From Ramazzottius varieornatus (Eukaryota > Animalia > Tardigrada): a stretch of DNA of 64,000 nucleotides. The DNA is taken from the NCBI GenBank assembly GCA_001949185.1, contig BDGG01000001.1, positions 4,205,624 through 4,269,623 of the forward strand, read 5' to 3'. Positions 63,201-64,000 of the stretch are shown here, piece after piece. The translations under genes and the position numbers were made by a program. The notes beneath the pieces are model-generated. The model was not told the origin of the DNA. It searched no databases and saw only the letters and a list, made by a program, of their open reading frames with translations. Positions within the stretch are counted from its first letter, which is position 1. Each line of letters opens with the position of its first letter.

Positions 63201-64000
63201 GGGAAAAACATTCGTTCCAAATTTAGCACTTGTTTTTTTCGGTATGGAATTTACCTTCAGACTGTCCCAGCTATCCAACAGCTCCGAAGCTTTTTGCTTA
63301 ACCTCAGTACTATGATCCACATTGGTGACTACCGGTGCCATCCGATCCGACGACGGTTCCTCCTCGGCTTCTTCCTTTGACAGCACTTTCTGCGAAGGCT
63401 CACTATTCTCTTCCTCCTTGACTTTCACCTCTTGGCTGCTGCTGCTGTCTACAGGAACGGCTGACGTTGCAGGAGACGCCCACAGATCCACATCCATCTT
63501 CTCCTCCTTGATGGTCAGCTCATCATGTTCAGTCACGGTGACAGTGGGTGTGAAATCAGCCTTCTCGACCACAGCTTGAGCCAAAGCGGTGGCCGTTGCC
63601 GCACTCGCTCCTTCTGTCTCGACCACTCTTCCAGCCCACTCTTTGACTTTCGAAAGTACTCGAGAAGTCTCCAGCGCGTTCTTTGAAAGGATCGGCAGCA
63701 TCGCCAACGTATTCAACAACTAGAAAATTTCAACATAGACTGTTCACAGACATTTCGAACAGTGTTTCTCTTTGATCGGGTTTACATTTTTCATCCCTCT
63801 GTACTCTGCTCGAAAGGTGTGTTCCGATTTTACTGCGAACCGCCATTGTAACGGAACTCAGAAGTGAGCGGCCAAGTCTTTTCTCATCAACCTTAAACCT
63901 AGGGAGCAGAGTACAGAGGGAATCTTTACTGTTGTTTCGAATATCGAAGTGAACTTTAGTATGAATACCTATACAGTTAAGTTACCTCGAGCTTGATTTC
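60288..64000 (-). CDS. SETD2: Histone H3K36 methyltransferase SETD2/Set2, 3' part (continues beyond the window)
   Basis: LPILSKNALETSRVL..W; WW domain LPKDWGAAYDRAGRLYFYN..SRWDFP; SRI domain LNSYR..GRIESKGDFKYLARKFTH..KEHIKKYMSRFG. Confidence 0.9.
61981..62027. repeat. Family A palindrome copy (SETD2 intron)
   Basis: aagtggcacac-N25-gtgcgccactt. Confidence 0.85.
62609..62660. repeat. Family B palindrome copy (SETD2 intron)
   Basis: cacctgcatac-N30-gtatgcaggtg (perfect arms). Confidence 0.8.
63794..63921. repeat. 18-bp perfect inverted repeat (MITE-like) in a SETD2 intron
   Basis: tccctctgtactctgctc (63794-63811) and gagcagagtacagaggga (63904-63921). Confidence 0.75.

Overview
Eukaryotic, gene-dense animal DNA with many short (about 60-110 nt) GT-AG introns. 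The compactness and gene set suggest a small-genome invertebrate such as a tardigrade; this is inference only. In order, the window holds: a decayed Tc5/pogo-like DNA transposon with 122-bp TIRs; an activin/TGF-beta type I receptor (babo/ALK4-5-7 type); a TA-flanked MITE; boule; SLC25A19 head-to-head with lin-7; a TMC channel with a large His/Gly/Ala- and Thr-rich loop; a crooked-like Ly6 gene; Nup214; eIF3b; TMCC; a frameshifted, intronless bacterial-type egtD pseudogene; a USP20/33-like DUB; an F-box remnant; an MLCK-type kinase with a separate telokin-like Ig gene upstream; ABCC5-like transporter; a candidate WYL-amide neuropeptide precursor; and the 3' part of SETD2. The most notable signals are: (1) two families of fixed-geometry palindromes (11-bp arms around 25-nt or 31-nt spacers) found almost only in the longer introns; (2) a pair of duplicated, apparently mutually exclusive exons encoding TM6 of ABCC5; (3) the probable horizontally acquired egtD fossil; (4) the neuropeptide precursor. 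Gene identities come from remembered family motifs and exon models were built by hand. No database search was run.
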